Source of the DNA: Gnetum montanum
Lineage: Eukaryota; Plantae; Gnetophyta
Assembly (NCBI GenBank): GCA_015680685.1
Contig: MNCI01001684.1
Span: 214,409-278,408, forward strand
DNA: 64,000 nucleotides
Reading direction: 5' to 3'
Shown: positions 11,582-25,083 of the stretch, piece after piece
Layout of the letters: each line of letters starts with the position of its first letter
Numbering within the stretch: position 1 is the first letter of the stretch
Notes under the pieces: generated by a model
What the model saw: the letters and a program-made list of their open reading frames with translations, nothing else
Told to the model about the DNA's origin: nothing
Databases searched by the model: none
Position numbers and translations under genes: made by a program

Positions 11582-12573
11582 AGTTCATCACTGGTTCATC
11601 AATCTGCCACCACATTTACGCTTCATCACTGCATCACCCGTCATCAGGAGATCCTACCAACGCTGCTACTATTGACACACAATCTGCCACCATGTAAGTC
11701 TAAGCTTGATCATTCACTCATGGTTTTCTTGTCTTCTTGGAGTTATGTTTGCAGGATGACACCCAAAGGTTTTCGCACAAGAATGTATTTCGTCACAAGC
11801 AGCAAGATGGGACAATGTTCACAGCACACATGGCGAGATTAAATCAAACCATTCACTAGTACATCCCCATTCACCGACTCATTCCCCATCTAGTCACAAA
11901 CCCATTTTACTCAATCATACCTCTGATACATCTAGTACACCAAAACCTTAAACACACTATCACATACCGTCGCACATGAGTACAAAATCAATGCAAAGTT
12001 TACGCTAAACAAAAAAAAAGGAGTGAGACTCCTGGCACTTCTCATATAAGCCCCGGGCGGGAAGGCAGTTGTCTCAAAACCAAGTACTCATGTCCAAAAC
12101 GGTCAAGAAGAATATAGTTGCATGGCTCTGGCTCTCCGCCAACAGGTCCCCCTGCACATTAAACATGGGCCTTGTTCCTCCAAAGCATGTAACACATCTC
12201 CCCGTGGCTTTGGTCTTGCCAACAGGTCCTCTGGAATACTAACCAAGAGCCTCGTTCTGCCAAAGAACGTCCATCGCATGTCTGAATTCTGAGTCTGCTA
12301 AACAATGGCTATTGACAAGGACCAGCATGCCGCACACCCAAGCACCCCATCTCCCAGCATAATTTCTTGGGGAGTTGCCAATTCCCATAATCTCTCTTCT
12401 CCTATCAGCCAAAAATTTCCCTTTTTCGATCCCATGTACTACTGAACACGGTGTGACAACGTCTAGTCAAGTGGCAAAGAATGAAGTCTATATCAAGTTT
12501 CTTGTGGTGTTTTGCACTTCTTTGTCAATGCCTCTTGGGTCAATTCCTCCAAGCGTCAACAAAGAGGGGCCAA

Positions 12574-13700
12574 TGAAACACCACAAAATTTTGAGCTTGG
12601 TACTTCCCCAGCAAGAAGTAGGTCCCTGGGACCCATGAACAACCACAGCTACATTTGGTGTCATACATTGCAACTTTGGGCATTAGGAGGCTTAATTTTC
12701 ACTACCAGCGTATATGCCCAGCATCAACAGCGTATACGCCCGACATCCCCAGCGTAGACATCTGACTTATACACCCGATGTACACGCCTCACCTATACGC
12801 TCGGTACCACAGATGCATACGCCCGACGATGAAGTCTCAATGACAGAATGAAGACAACACTAAAGAGCAAGAATTGAATCAAGTCGGTAGCCGTCAGCGT
12901 ATACGCCTGGTGTATACACCCAGCCATTGTCGGCGTGTACGCCTAGCATCCATAGCATCTCCACCCAAGTTTACACACGCCCAGCACGTCCAGCGTATAC
13001 GCCCAGCGTGTACGCTGGCCTGATGTAGCGTATACACCCAGCAGATGTAATATGTTGTATATTTGTAAATTGTATGCACCTGGTCAACGTGCCACATGTC
13101 TCCTAACCCGAGTCTAGCGTAACAATCGATATAAAAACCCCACTTTTCCACTTCAAGGGGAGGTTGGCAAAGATCCCAGAGCATACCCAGGAGCAATTAT
13201 GCTACGCACCAGAGCCAAAACCCTCTTACGCTGGAAAACCTGTACACCATGCTCATAGTCTCTACGCCGCGCCTACAGCGTATACCAGCCCAGCCGTCCC
13301 TGCATTCACCGGGGCTTTTCGTCTGCCTTGTGTTCATCACAACTGCGTTAGACCGGTGCACTGTACTTTGACTCTGTAATACCATTGTTTACAGTTTACG
13401 CTAATTTCTTGCATGTTTTCTGTTTACGCTCGTTTACATTTATGCCCTGGTCATATCTGTTACGTCGTTTACGCTCTCGTTTATGCCCGTTTACGCTTTT
13501 TATGCATAACCCAGCGTATAGCACTTCGGCATACGTGCGGGTAAATCCTTGTCTGATCCGTGTGCGGACCACCCAAGGTACTCTACCTTCGTGCATTCTA
13601 GCTCACCCTCAGGCAAAGGCAAGGTCTTCTGTGCGCGTCCTACGACCCCACGGTCTCTATTTCCTTCCAGCCGGTGACCGACGATTTCAGGTGGTACACA
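12574..13700 (+). repeat. 3' LTR of the Tat element (~1.13 kb)
   Basis: Follows PPT; TG...CA ends; GCGTATACGC palindromes upstream of TATA-like GATATAAAAA at ~13128. Confidence 0.75.
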
Positions 13701-15779
13701 ATCTATATAGGAATTTTAATGCATTTTATTTAAAACATTTCTGCTATGGTGTCCCTCATGAACACCATGTAAATCCTTAGTTGTACATTTTCTTCTCCTC
13801 ATTTTGATGCATTGTATATGTACATAGTTGCATTTGTATATTTACTTTGCATTAACTTTTGGTGCTATAAAATATCATCATCATTACTATTAATTATCCT
13901 ATTAATAACATAAGTAATCATTAATACTATAAATGAAGATAAAAAATCCCCAAATTTGCAAGAAGGAAGCAAGGGTTTATGCATAATTTTATAGCAAGGG
14001 TTTGAGCATACTCATAGAAAGGGTTTCTTGTGCATTCCATTGAAAATTTTCATTTGTAAGTCTTAAAAAGTTTATTCATACCCATTTTTTAGTACTAGGA
14101 TAGAGAACAAGATGAATCAAAAGAAAAGGATCAATTTGATGTAGTTGTGGCCCACAAGGAAGTTTTCATCATGCCAAATTTTAGTCTTATTCATGGAAAT
14201 CTTGAGCTAAAATGTGTAATTATCTATAACTCAAATTTCCTTCAACAAAGGCTAGAACCAAGGATATTCAATCAATTAAAGGTAATTAGATGAAGTAAGA
14301 AGTTAAACTCTTCATGAAACCAATCACAAATTAATGACAAAGCATCTAACACTCCATGTCAACATAAAAGAAGCTAAGAAGAGGATGCATCTTGCAAACT
14401 CAATAGTAGAAGTATACAAACAATAACTCATCTTCAAACAAGAAGAAATGAAGGCCTTCAAGGAAAAATTAAAAGAATTATGAAAGGAAATGAAAGCACT
14501 TAAGGCATCCATGAGGCTAGAGTAATAAGAAGCATTATATTTAGAGTCAGATCAAGATGTACAAGAAGTTGAACTGCTTCCTTCTTCCATTGTTAAAGTG
14601 GTAACTAATCCCATTCTTGTTCTACTTTCTATTCGTGAAGTCCTATCTAAAGAACCGTCAGTTATCTTTGAGTCATTCCTTATTATAGAAATGGAATCCA
14701 CCCTATCCATTCCACAAATTAATACTTCATGATGTACATTTCTCTATTTATAAAGATTAATGACAAGCAACAATTTTGTGTGTTTGATCTATGTTATGTA
14801 TTATTTCTACAAACTTGTGAGTGAAGGGAAGTAATTCCATCAACTCTTACAAATATATAATGCCTTGTGATTGGCCACAATGAAGTATTATATGATTCAT
14901 AAATTACTAGTAATACTCATCAAGTTCATAAGAAACAATAATAACATTACAAAACTAAAGCTTGAAGGATAGTGTTGGAACATGATCATAACATTATACA
15001 TAATCATCACATTTGTAATGATTCAAGATTGTTCATAATCACTTGCAAGCAAGTCTTAATAAAGGGATGTGACTTTTCATATAAAATTTTATGAATTTAT
15101 CTGTGAAACATAAGCAAGAATTAGTTAGTTATGAAGAAGCAACATGAAGAATTAGAAGATGTGATAAGAAACAATCTGAAGATCAAAGAGATAGTATGTG
15201 CAAGAAACGATGAATCATAAGAAGAGATATTCAAATTGATGCTACCCAAATAATAAGAAATGGAAGATACATGTCCAAAGTAGGAAAGTAATTAGTACTA
15301 AGAAAAGTAATTGAAGAGGGAAGTCATTACAATCAATAGATTTGTAATGATGATCCAAGAAACCAAAAGATTATCAATTTTTTCATGAAGAAAAGGAAGT
15401 AAAGTTCAAATATTTTTTTCTAAATAGGACAAGAATATCCAATGTGAACCATTCATGATCTGGTCCAATTTCCTAAAGAGTAATAGAAGACCATCTAGAA
15501 GGTTATAATGAAATTGTAGAAGAAATATTACAAAGAAGGGATAAGCTATAATTGAGGTAGCAGTCCTTAACTAGTCAAGCGATGGAATTTTAAGGAATCC
15601 AAGAAGGCATAGCTCATGTAAGACTGACCAACTAGAAAAACTCATGAACAAACCTATTTAAGTAATAGCTAAAGGTAGACATCATAAGGATGTAGCCAAA
15701 ATAAGAAAGAAGAAGTAATTATGAAGAATAGATTCGTAATAAGTCTAGAAGAAATCAAGAATAACTACAAAATATGAAT

Positions 15780-18700
15780 GATATGATTAAAAAAGATGTA
15801 TAATGAAATTTTTTTTAATAAATGATTTATATATTTACTTTCCCCATAACCTAAACCATCCTTGTATAATGAGAATTATCCAAAAGATGTAAAATCAAAA
15901 TTCTAATGTCACTACTATTGAGAATACCTCTTTAGCTCTATATCAAGTAGAAGGTATGGTTGAATAATGGTGGGATGTAGAAACTAGAAACTAGAAGGAT
16001 GAAGAAATATATTGGAAATAATTCACTAAAATTTTGAAGGATAGATATCTCTCTAAGGTTTATTAGAAAGAGAAAGAAGATGAGTTTAGTTGATTGATTG
16101 ATGTATCCATGTCTATCAATGATACGATAATAGATTTACTAAACTATGTAAATATGTTATCCATATTTTGTAAATGAAGCTATTCATATTAGAGAATTTT
16201 TAAAAGGATTAAGGAATTTCATTAAAATAATTATTGTAGCATTTTCCTTGAATAACTATAAGGAGACACATGCTAAAGTCATTATTATGGAAAGAGAACA
16301 AATGGAGGATTAAGATCAAAGAGATAGAAAGAGAAATAAAGGGGCATAAACTTGAGTTGATCAAGTGAAGTTCAAGTAACTCAAAGGACTAAATGAACCA
16401 TTCCAATAGCAACATATAGGATTTAATGAGCTAGCTAAGCCATTAAATCCTATTGTATCACTAGGATTTACTATTTGCTTCTATTACAAAGAAGTTGGTC
16501 ATTTTAAGAAAGAGTATCTGAAGCTACTTCAAAGAGAAGAATAGAACTTGTGATTCCAAATTTTAGGATTATTTAAGAAGATAGAGGATGAGTTACTAAT
16601 AATCCTAGAGGGATTTAGAATAATAGAGTAATTGACAATAATCAAAAGAGGTGGGAACCCTATGAATTAGGGTTGAATCTATAGTATACTAGTGAGAGAT
16701 ATAGAGGAACAACCTAATATAGTGATTGAGACTGAAGGCATGCTCTATGTATAGTCTATCTTTATTTTTTTCAATCATGAAGCTTCATTATTTTATTAAG
16801 AGTTAAATAGTGGAAAGATTAAATTTATCATTTAAAACTCTAGAAATTGCATTACTTGTTTAATTTGTGGGGTATAGTAAATACATAGTAGAAAATGTGT
16901 ATAAGAAGCTTTCACTAAGAATACAAGATAAGGAGTGGAATGCAAATTTATTTATTATGAATTTAGAAGAATATGATATCATTGTGAAAATTGGTTAGTT
17001 AATTAGATATAATGGATTTCTCTACTATAAGACTAAGATACTTCAACTAGAGTTAGAAGATGGACAAAAAGTTTTTTTGTAGCTAAAGAAAGACCCATTA
17101 AGGTTGACTTGAATTCTTCTAAGAATTTCTTGAAAATTATTAAGAAAGAACATACATGTTTTATGGTTGTAAAATTTGAAAATAATAAAGGTAATATAGT
17201 TGATATTCTAGAAGTTAAAGAATTCCTAGATGTATTTACAAAAGAATTACCAAGGATACCCTTAAAAGAGAAAATAGAAGTAGAGATTGTGCTTAAAACA
17301 TGAATAGAACTAATTTTTTAGGCACCATATCGAATGTCCCTAGTTAAGCTAGTAAAGCTAAAGATACAAGTGCAAGAACTTTTGCATAAAGATCTTATTC
17401 AACCTCATGTTTCTCCTTAGGATGCACTAGTGTTATTTATGAGAAAAAAGATGGAAGTTTAAGATTATGCATTGAATATAGATGGTTGAATCAAGTTACT
17501 ATTAAGAATAAATATCCTCTACCTAAAATACATGACTTATTTGATTAGTTGAGGGATGTAATTGTATTTTTCAAAATAAATTTAAAGTCTAGATATCATC
17601 AACTTAGAATTAAAGAAGAAGATGTATTAAAGACTGATTTTAGAACAAGGATATAAGTCTTATGAATTTCTTATATTGTAATTTAGGCTAAAGAATGCTC
17701 CTATGATATTTATGCACTTAATGAATAGTATATTAAGATCTTATATAGATGAATTTTTAATAGTGTTTATTGATGACATCTTGGTATATTACAAAAGTGA
17801 GAGGAAATATGTGAAGAATCTGACAAAAGTAATATAGCTCCTTAGAAAAAACCAATTGTATGATCAATCATTTAAGTATTTATGTTTATAAATAGAAGTG
17901 TAATTTCTTGGTCACATAGTATAAAAATCAAGGATAAAATTTGATCCAATGAAGACTCAAGTGATTTAAAATTGGCCAAGATCTCATAATGTAATAGAAG
18001 TGAGAATTTTCTTAGGGTTAGAAAGTTACTATCAAAGGTTTGTTAAAGATTTTGCTAGAATTACATCTCCTTTAATCAAATTATTAAGGGTCAATTATTT
18101 CAATGGATAGAGAAGTGTGGATAAACATGTTTAGAATTAAAGAAATAACTCACATAGGCTCTTATTTTAATATTACCTATCCTAGGTAGATGATTACATG
18201 TGTCTATTAATACTTCAAATGAAGGATTAGGATGTGTCCTCATGCAAGAGGAATATGTTATTTCCTATGCTTCTTGATGATAAAAGGATCATGAGGCTAG
18301 ATATATTATGTATGATATGGAGTTAGTGGCTATTATTTTTTCACTAAAGATAGAGAGATATTATTTATTTGAAGAGAAACTAACTTTATGAAAAAATCAT
18401 AAGAGTTTATAATATCTTATGATGCAACCACAAGTGAATTTATGGAAAAGAAGATGGATTAACCTACATGCAAAATTTCATTTTAATATTAAGTGTCAAC
18501 CTAGAAAAGAAAATGTAGCAGTAGATACACTTAGTAGGAAGACTAAAAAGATAAATAACTTATTTATTCAATTAATTTTAATGGATGAAATTATTGAAGA
18601 ATAAAAATTAGATGCTTGGTGTTAAGAAAGTTCCAGAAATTATGTCAAATTTCATCTAATTATTTGTAGATTATATGTAAAATATTAGAAGAGGCTCATA

Positions 18701-19963
18701 CCATAGTATATCAAATGCATCTTAGAGGTGATAAAATATTTTAAATATTAAGAAGATAGTATGGTGGCATAAGATGAAGCAAGAGATAGCTGAATTTATT
18801 TCTAAATGTTTAATTTTTTAACAAGTCAAAGAAAAACATGAAAAGCTAGATGGGGTACTTCATTTTCATGGCATAACCCAATAGAGGTAGGAGGTCATTA
18901 ACATAGACTTCATTTTAGGATTATCAAGGACTAGAAAGAAATATGATGCTATATTGATAATGGTGGATTTGCTAACAAAATATTCTTATTTTCTTTCTCC
19001 TTGCTTTACCACAATAATTGAGGATATTACTAAGTTATTTCTTAAGGAAATTGTGAGATTACATGAGGTTCTAGTTAAGATAATAATTGATAAAGATCCC
19101 AAGTTTATCTTAATATTTTTGCAAGTATTTTAAGTACCTCTAGATTCTAAATTAATATAATTTTTTCTTGTCATCCCAAAATGAATAGATAAACAAAATG
19201 AGTAAATGAGATCTCAGAAGACATGCTTTAGGCTTGTACCCTTCAGTATAAGGAGTGGGATGAAATATTACTTTTAGTAGAATTGACATACAACAATAGC
19301 TATTAGGTAAGCATTAATGTTATTTCTTATAAGATACTCTATGGTAGATCATGTAAATCATCTCTTTACTAGACCATTATTAGAGGATAGAATGTAATTA
19401 AGTATGACCTTGATGAATCAAACAACAAATTAGGCTTGCATAGTCCAAGGGTATATTAAAGTTTGCTAAGATAGATTTACCAAGTATGATAACTTTAAGA
19501 GAAGGCCACTTGAATTTTAATTTGGTGATTATGTTTTTCTAGCATTATCTCTAATGAAAGGATTAACGATATTTGGGTAGAAAGTTAAGTTATCTCTAAA
19601 GGATGTAGGTCCATTTGAAATGGTAAAGAAAACTAGAAAAGTAGCATATCAATTAGCCTTGTCTCCAAGTTTAGGAGGAATTCATCATGTTATCCATGTT
19701 TCCCTCCTAAAGAAGTATTTCCATTGAGAGAAATAGTGTACAATGAGAAGAAATAGATCTACCACCAAATGTTACTTACTAAGAATATCCCATAAGGATT
19801 ATAGATAGAAAAGAAAGACAACTGGAAAGTAAAGTAATTCCTATGATGAAGCTTCTTTGGAAATGACATTAGAACTAAGAGACACCTTGAAAAACTAAAA
19901 TAGATATGAAAATTAAATATCCTCACATTTTTCAAGAGGAAAACTCTTGCAGAAGGGGAGGAT
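15780..19963 (+). pseudogene. Heavily decayed chromovirus (Tekay/Del-like) gag-pol with chromodomain; PPT at ~19951-19963
   Basis: Remnants: zinc knuckle CFYYKEVGHFKKEY (~16475), EFLDVFTKELP...EIVL (17220-17300), RT VFIDDILVY (~17763), INT IDFILGL, VGPFEM; AGAAGGGGAGGA followed by TGTCATAAC; strong CG/CHG depletion. Confidence 0.88.
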
Positions 19964-20154
19964 GTCATAACCTAAAACTTTTCATTGGTTTATTTATTTA
20001 ATTTAAGGCATGTATTTAATTATGTGTTTCAATAGGTAATTTCAAATTTTATTGACCAAATCATAGGATTACATTATTGTAATTACTATTATTTTTGTTA
20101 ATGTTCTTAATGTTATGATTTTACTACATAAGTAAATATAATTTCATTGCTAAA
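19964..20154 (+). repeat. Start of the 3' LTR of the decayed Tekay element (interrupted; resumes at 29053)
   Basis: TG after the PPT; interrupted by an insertion with TSD CTAAA. Confidence 0.65.
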
Positions 20155-21114
20155 TGATGAGATGCGGTTCGCACAGGCCGCGATATCGCATCCTTCCCTA
20201 CAATATCACGTACGCGATATTGCAGTCCGCCGCCATGTCTAAAAATAAGAGGTGGCTCTCCCTTGTTTGGGGATCTCAATTTTAGAGTAGCAAAGCTCTG
20301 GCAGTTTGATCCCTCCAGAGTTAGAATTTTTTCCGTGTTTGCCCGCAATGTGGTGAATGTAATTGTACGGTGTCTTTATTCGAGTGTGTCGTACTTGGAC
20401 ACGCACATGACCAGCAATAAAGATCGAGATTACTTCATCATTGCAGCATTCACTTAGTTTATTTATTTGTTATTTATTTAATGTTATTTATTGCTTTCAT
20501 AGCGCGGTGTGAGTACGACTTAACTACGAGCATCTACGGGTGTGTACGGCTAGTTAAGGAATCGGTTACTCATCGCGATTAGTTTCTCACCCTTAAACTC
20601 CTAGAAGCGGAACGAGTACGACTTGATTACGAGCATTTAAGTGTGACTGCTTGGTAGCCCAGTGGTGTAGCTAGGGGGATCTACGCTTGGTAACCCAGTG
20701 GCGTATTTGGGGTCTGCGCTTGGTAATCCCAGTGGCGTACCTAGGCCTATGCTTGGTAGTCCCAGTGGCAGTCGTGCACGAAGTCCAAGATGTGTACGGT
20801 TGATCAAGGAATCGGTTGCTCGTCGCACTTAGGCTAGATTAGATTTTCTTACCCTTTTCCTCTTAGCTTAGATTAGTTAATATTATTTTCCACTGCCATC
20901 AGGAGTAGCGTTAGAATTAGAACACATCATACACCTCATCTAGACTAAACCATACGTGACATATGCAAAACTAGTCTAGATGGGAAGACAACGAACTGCG
21001 ACCTAAGGCTAACTATCTAGATGCCACAACTAGTCCATCTGCGGAGTTCGACCGGATCGCGCGTGCGACGCTCGTTTCGTATGATTGAGTGTAGTGGTAC
21101 CTCGCCACTCATCA
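20155..21114 (+). repeat. Athila 5' LTR (960 bp)
   Basis: Near-identical to 28042-29047. Confidence 0.95.
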
Positions 21115-21115
21115 T

Positions 21116-21134
21116 TGGCGCCGTTGCCGGGGAT
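21116..21134 (+). promoter_or_regulatory. Primer binding site complementary to tRNA-Asp
   Basis: TGGCGCCGTTGCCGGGGAT, typical of Athila. Confidence 0.92.
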
Positions 21135-21249
21135 GGTGCTAGTTATCTAGATTAGTTATATCATACAAGGTCGCTGTAAAGAACTTAAAGATATATCTCT
21201 TAGGAAGAAGAAGTAATTAAAATAGTCACATCTACATTCACACACAATC

Positions 21250-23228
21250 ATGCCTCTCCTACAAGATGATAATAACGCCACACTTAGTGAGGAAGTTCAT
21301 TGGAGGACCAATGAGCTATATGACGATGAAGATTGGAGTATACAACCTGAAGTGGGAGTTTCCTATAAGAATGAACAAAAAAAACATCATCGTAATGCAT
21401 GAAAGCCTAACTTACCTGATGATGATGAACCTCCACTAGCCACTACAAGCATAACGCAAATACAAGAGGCTGTTCGAATCTCATGTAGGCATCGTAAAGA
21501 GAGCCGACTACCCAGACTCGATTTAAATAACTTTCCTAAATTTTCAGGAGGCTATGACTTAGATTCGCATCAACATTTACTAGCCTTCTATGATGTCTAC
21601 ACATGGAATAACATTGATAATAGTTGGCAAAAATTAAAGCTCTTTCCTATGACACTCGTTGACCAAGCTAAAGTATGGTATCGATTGTTAACACCAAATT
21701 CAATACGACGTTGGTCAACAATGGTAGAAGCCTTTAATGAAAAATATCAAACCTACGCCAGAGTGTTAGCCTTGAGGAAACAAATCCAAGGATGGAAACA
21801 AGAAAAACATGAACCCTTGGACATGGCCTTAGAAAGATATTATTCACTGTTAAACAACTGTCCAGGCCATGGGTTTTTTGAGGAAAGGCTACTGTACCAT
21901 ATCATTAATGGGCTACGTAATGAAACAAGAGAGACCTTAGGAACGTATGCCCGAGGTCAACTATACAACCTACGAACCCACAAATCCAAGATCTTATTAA
22001 GCGGGTAGCAAAAGAAGAAGGAAAATTAGCTACATGGGAGAGTGTTGAAAAACATCAACAGGACCAAAATCACAACTCAACAAAGGTCCATGATCATAAC
22101 AAGGAGAGCTCAACAAATCTCAAGGTGGAGACATCATCTTTGCCAATACAACAATCGTTAGAAGAAGTCGAGGCAAAGATCAATAAGATGTTGGAATGGA
22201 TGAATCAAAAGTGTGGAGGACATATCAACACCATTGGAGATAGAGTTTTCACAACCTAAGAAGCAGGACAAAATAGTAGACATTCAGAGAAAAAGAATGA
22301 AGGGAATAAGCACTCAACTGCCAATCCTACGTATGAATGCAGCATATGCCTGTACGATTACCCCAAAGGTCAATGCCCAGTCGTATTACATCTACATGAG
22401 CATTGGGGAAACAAGTTACATCCAGAGTTAGTACAGAGATACTGTGTTAGACCATAGTGGCAACAATCCCAGTCGTGGGGGAATCCATCCTTAGACTGGA
22501 GGCACCCTTCACATTTTCCAAATCCAAATGCTTATAACGTCCAACATCCTGTTTTTTCATTTGGGCCACCATACTCTATCTCACCATAATACCATTCTTC
22601 ACAAAACCATCAACCCATGCCTCCAACACAACCACCACCTTGTGCACCTTACATTCCTCCTAACTTTCAACATTCTTATCCTTTCCATCCTTCCACAATG
22701 CCACCAATTGTTCCTAAGGAGTTTGTACCACCACAACCCACGAACAACACTTGTGCTGCTGCTACTAATAGCAGTGAAGAGCCTCCTCAACATCAAAGGC
22801 GTCCTTTCTTTAAACACGGTCGTAGGAAGGGAAAACACAATTCTGAGGCCACTGCACCTTCCAACCCAGCACAAGTCCAACAATGTGATGCACCCTTGCC
22901 TTCAAACCCAATGCCTCATGTAACTTCATCAAGGCCACCAACTTACACTCCAACAACCATATGGCCCAATGAACGCAACCATGGAAGGCATCAGCCCAAT
23001 CCTTGCATACCATCTAACGGTCCTAAACATCATAGTGGGTCAACTCGTTATCCGGGAACTACATCGTATGAAGTGCCCCACTGTGTTTATTACAAAGTGT
23101 GTGAAATCCAAGGTGATAAGTATGGACCAGCTTCAATATTTCCAATATGCAAGGATCCTTATTTTCCATTTATTAATCCTAGCCATACTAAACCGTTTAG
23201 TTATGGGGGGTATCCTCCATTTCAATAA
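21250..23228 (+). pseudogene. gag: Athila gag with Pro/His-rich tail (disrupted)
   Basis: FPKFSG...HLLAFYDV...KLKLFPMTLVDQAKVWYRLLTPNSIRRWSTMVEAFNEKY...YYSLLNNCPGHGF; C-x2-C-like motif ~22337. Confidence 0.85.
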
Positions 23229-23278
23229 CAAGTAGGATTAATAAATATTTTTAATTTTCTTTAATTTTTTAACTTTTT

Positions 23279-23493
23279 NNNNNNNNNNNNNNNNNNNNNN
23301 NNNNNNNNNNNNNNNNNNNNNNNNNNNNNNNNNNNNNNNNNNNNNNNNNNNNNNNNNNNNNNNNNNNNNNNNNNNNNNNNNNNNNNNNNNNNNNNNNNNN
23401 NNNNNNNNNNNNNNNNNNNNNNNNNNNNNNNNNNNNNNNNNNNNNNNNNNNNNNNNNNNNNNNNNNNNNNNNNNNNNNNNNNNNNNNNNNNNN
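23279..23493. other. Assembly gap (N run)
   Basis: About 215 N. Confidence 0.99.
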
Positions 23494-24556
23494 NTGAAGA
23501 AGGATGGACCAAGAGGGAATGATTAGGGTGTGACATCAAGGGGACTTGTGGATTCTCTTTGGTGACATCTGTGGGAGTTATCATGCAATATGGTTGTACT
23601 AAGATCCTTGTAGATCTAACGAAAAATGGGAGTAAGAGTAATCAAAAGGGCATTTGAAGATCAAAAGCTATTCTAGGGGGTCCCACTGGAAAGACATGCA
23701 CCCATGCCTGAAGGTTGGCGGCTTCTCTAGATTCAGTAAAGTGAAAAAAAAAGAAAAAAGAAGAAGAAAAGAAAAGAAAAAAAGAAGTGCCATAAAACAA
23801 AAATCACTCCTCCCTTGTACTAAACACCAAGTGATCGTACGCCTTGTTGTTATGGTACTCTCATAGTTGTTCACCATGGGATGAAGCAATGCGATGTCAC
23901 TGATTAGACGGATGGACTTGGTCCTGATCTTGGAACGATGGGGTAATGACACTTTAATCATGCTTTCCACGCAAGATTCATTATGCCCTAAGTCAGTTAC
24001 CTCATGTGCCAATCTCTACGACCCCTTTCTGTAGTTCGTCTCATCTCACTATTCATGTAATTGTAGATCTTGTCCTGTGTAACATAGAATTTTCATCTCA
24101 TTTCGGTGATATTTACATGTGTGTGTTTTGTGGAGTTAGTGCAGATTACCTCTAACCCTTCTAGTGCCCACGGACACTTTAAGTGTGATTACACAAGGGC
24201 ATAATAGGTTGAACCTGCTTTGGGGAGGACCCACTTGTGTAATTTTGTTGTAATCTTCATTAATTCTCTAGCTAGAACACACAATTTCTTACCCTTAGCT
24301 TAGTTTTTCATAATTTTCTTTCCCATTTATTAACCCTCAAAACCTTAACATTACAATGTACCATTACATTCCCTTTTTTTCATAACCGCCAAAGTTTTAA
24401 TTGTTAAATTCACATCTTTATCATTCAAAGTGCCTCTCGAATTCATGTAATTACCCTTGAATATATTAATCCTTGTCAATGTCCTCATTTTACACATTAA
24501 TTTCAAGAAAAATCATTCAAAATTCGGTCCTTTTCAGGTGTCTCACTATAGTTGGG

Positions 24557-24620
24557 ACGAAATATCGCGTACGCGATGTACCGTACGCGATATCGCGTCC
24601 TATTTTCCTATAAATAGGAA
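24557..24620 (+). promoter_or_regulatory. Putative internal promoter of the Athila accessory ORF (GCGATATCGC motifs + TATA)
   Basis: AATATCGCGTACGCG...CGCGATATCGCG then CCTATAAATAGG at ~24607, same layout as in the LTR. Confidence 0.65.
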
Positions 24621-25083
24621 CCCCCGCCGCAACACTTAGCTTCATTTGGCCATTTACGCGGGGGGAATTTTTGCATTTTTTCTCTGTGACTTGCGATTGA
24701 GTGACCCTTACTTTTTCACCTATATCTCGCACGCTAGTCCTCCGATTTTAATTCCATTTGAACCTGCTTGAACCTGGAGTGTTCAGTTTAGTTGTGGGGG
24801 AGAGACACTTGCCGAAAAGTGCCTAACTTTTTTGAAATTTTTCATCGCCCAAAGGACATCAATTAGGGTAATTAATGCTAACACTTAGACAAATTGTGCC
24901 ATAAATCATATGACCTTAAGTATACCGGGATATTAAAACACAAATCCACCTAAGTCATAGGACCCATCATTATAATTTTCGAGCACAATCACACAATAAC
25001 ATACGATCTTTAATTAAGAGAAGTAGTAAGGTATAACTTGATTTCCTAAACAACCTTACTAATGTTGGCCCGTGTGATTGCAG

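Larger units (their letters stand above)
1..13700 (+). mobile_element. Ty3/Gypsy Tat-clade (Ogre/Retand-like) LTR retrotransposon, 5' end outside window
   Basis: Order gag tail - protease - (insert) - RT - RNase H - additional RNase H - integrase; PPT AAAGAGGGGCCAA at 12561-12573 followed by a TG...CA LTR ending GTGGTACACA at 13700, where composition switches to AT-rich. Confidence 0.93.

Noticed and set aside
12375-13780. Several short ORFs in and near the Tat LTR
   Set aside because: No recognisable domains; expected by chance in repetitive GC-balanced LTR sequence
23261-23584. ORF across the N run
   Set aside because: Artefact of ambiguous bases
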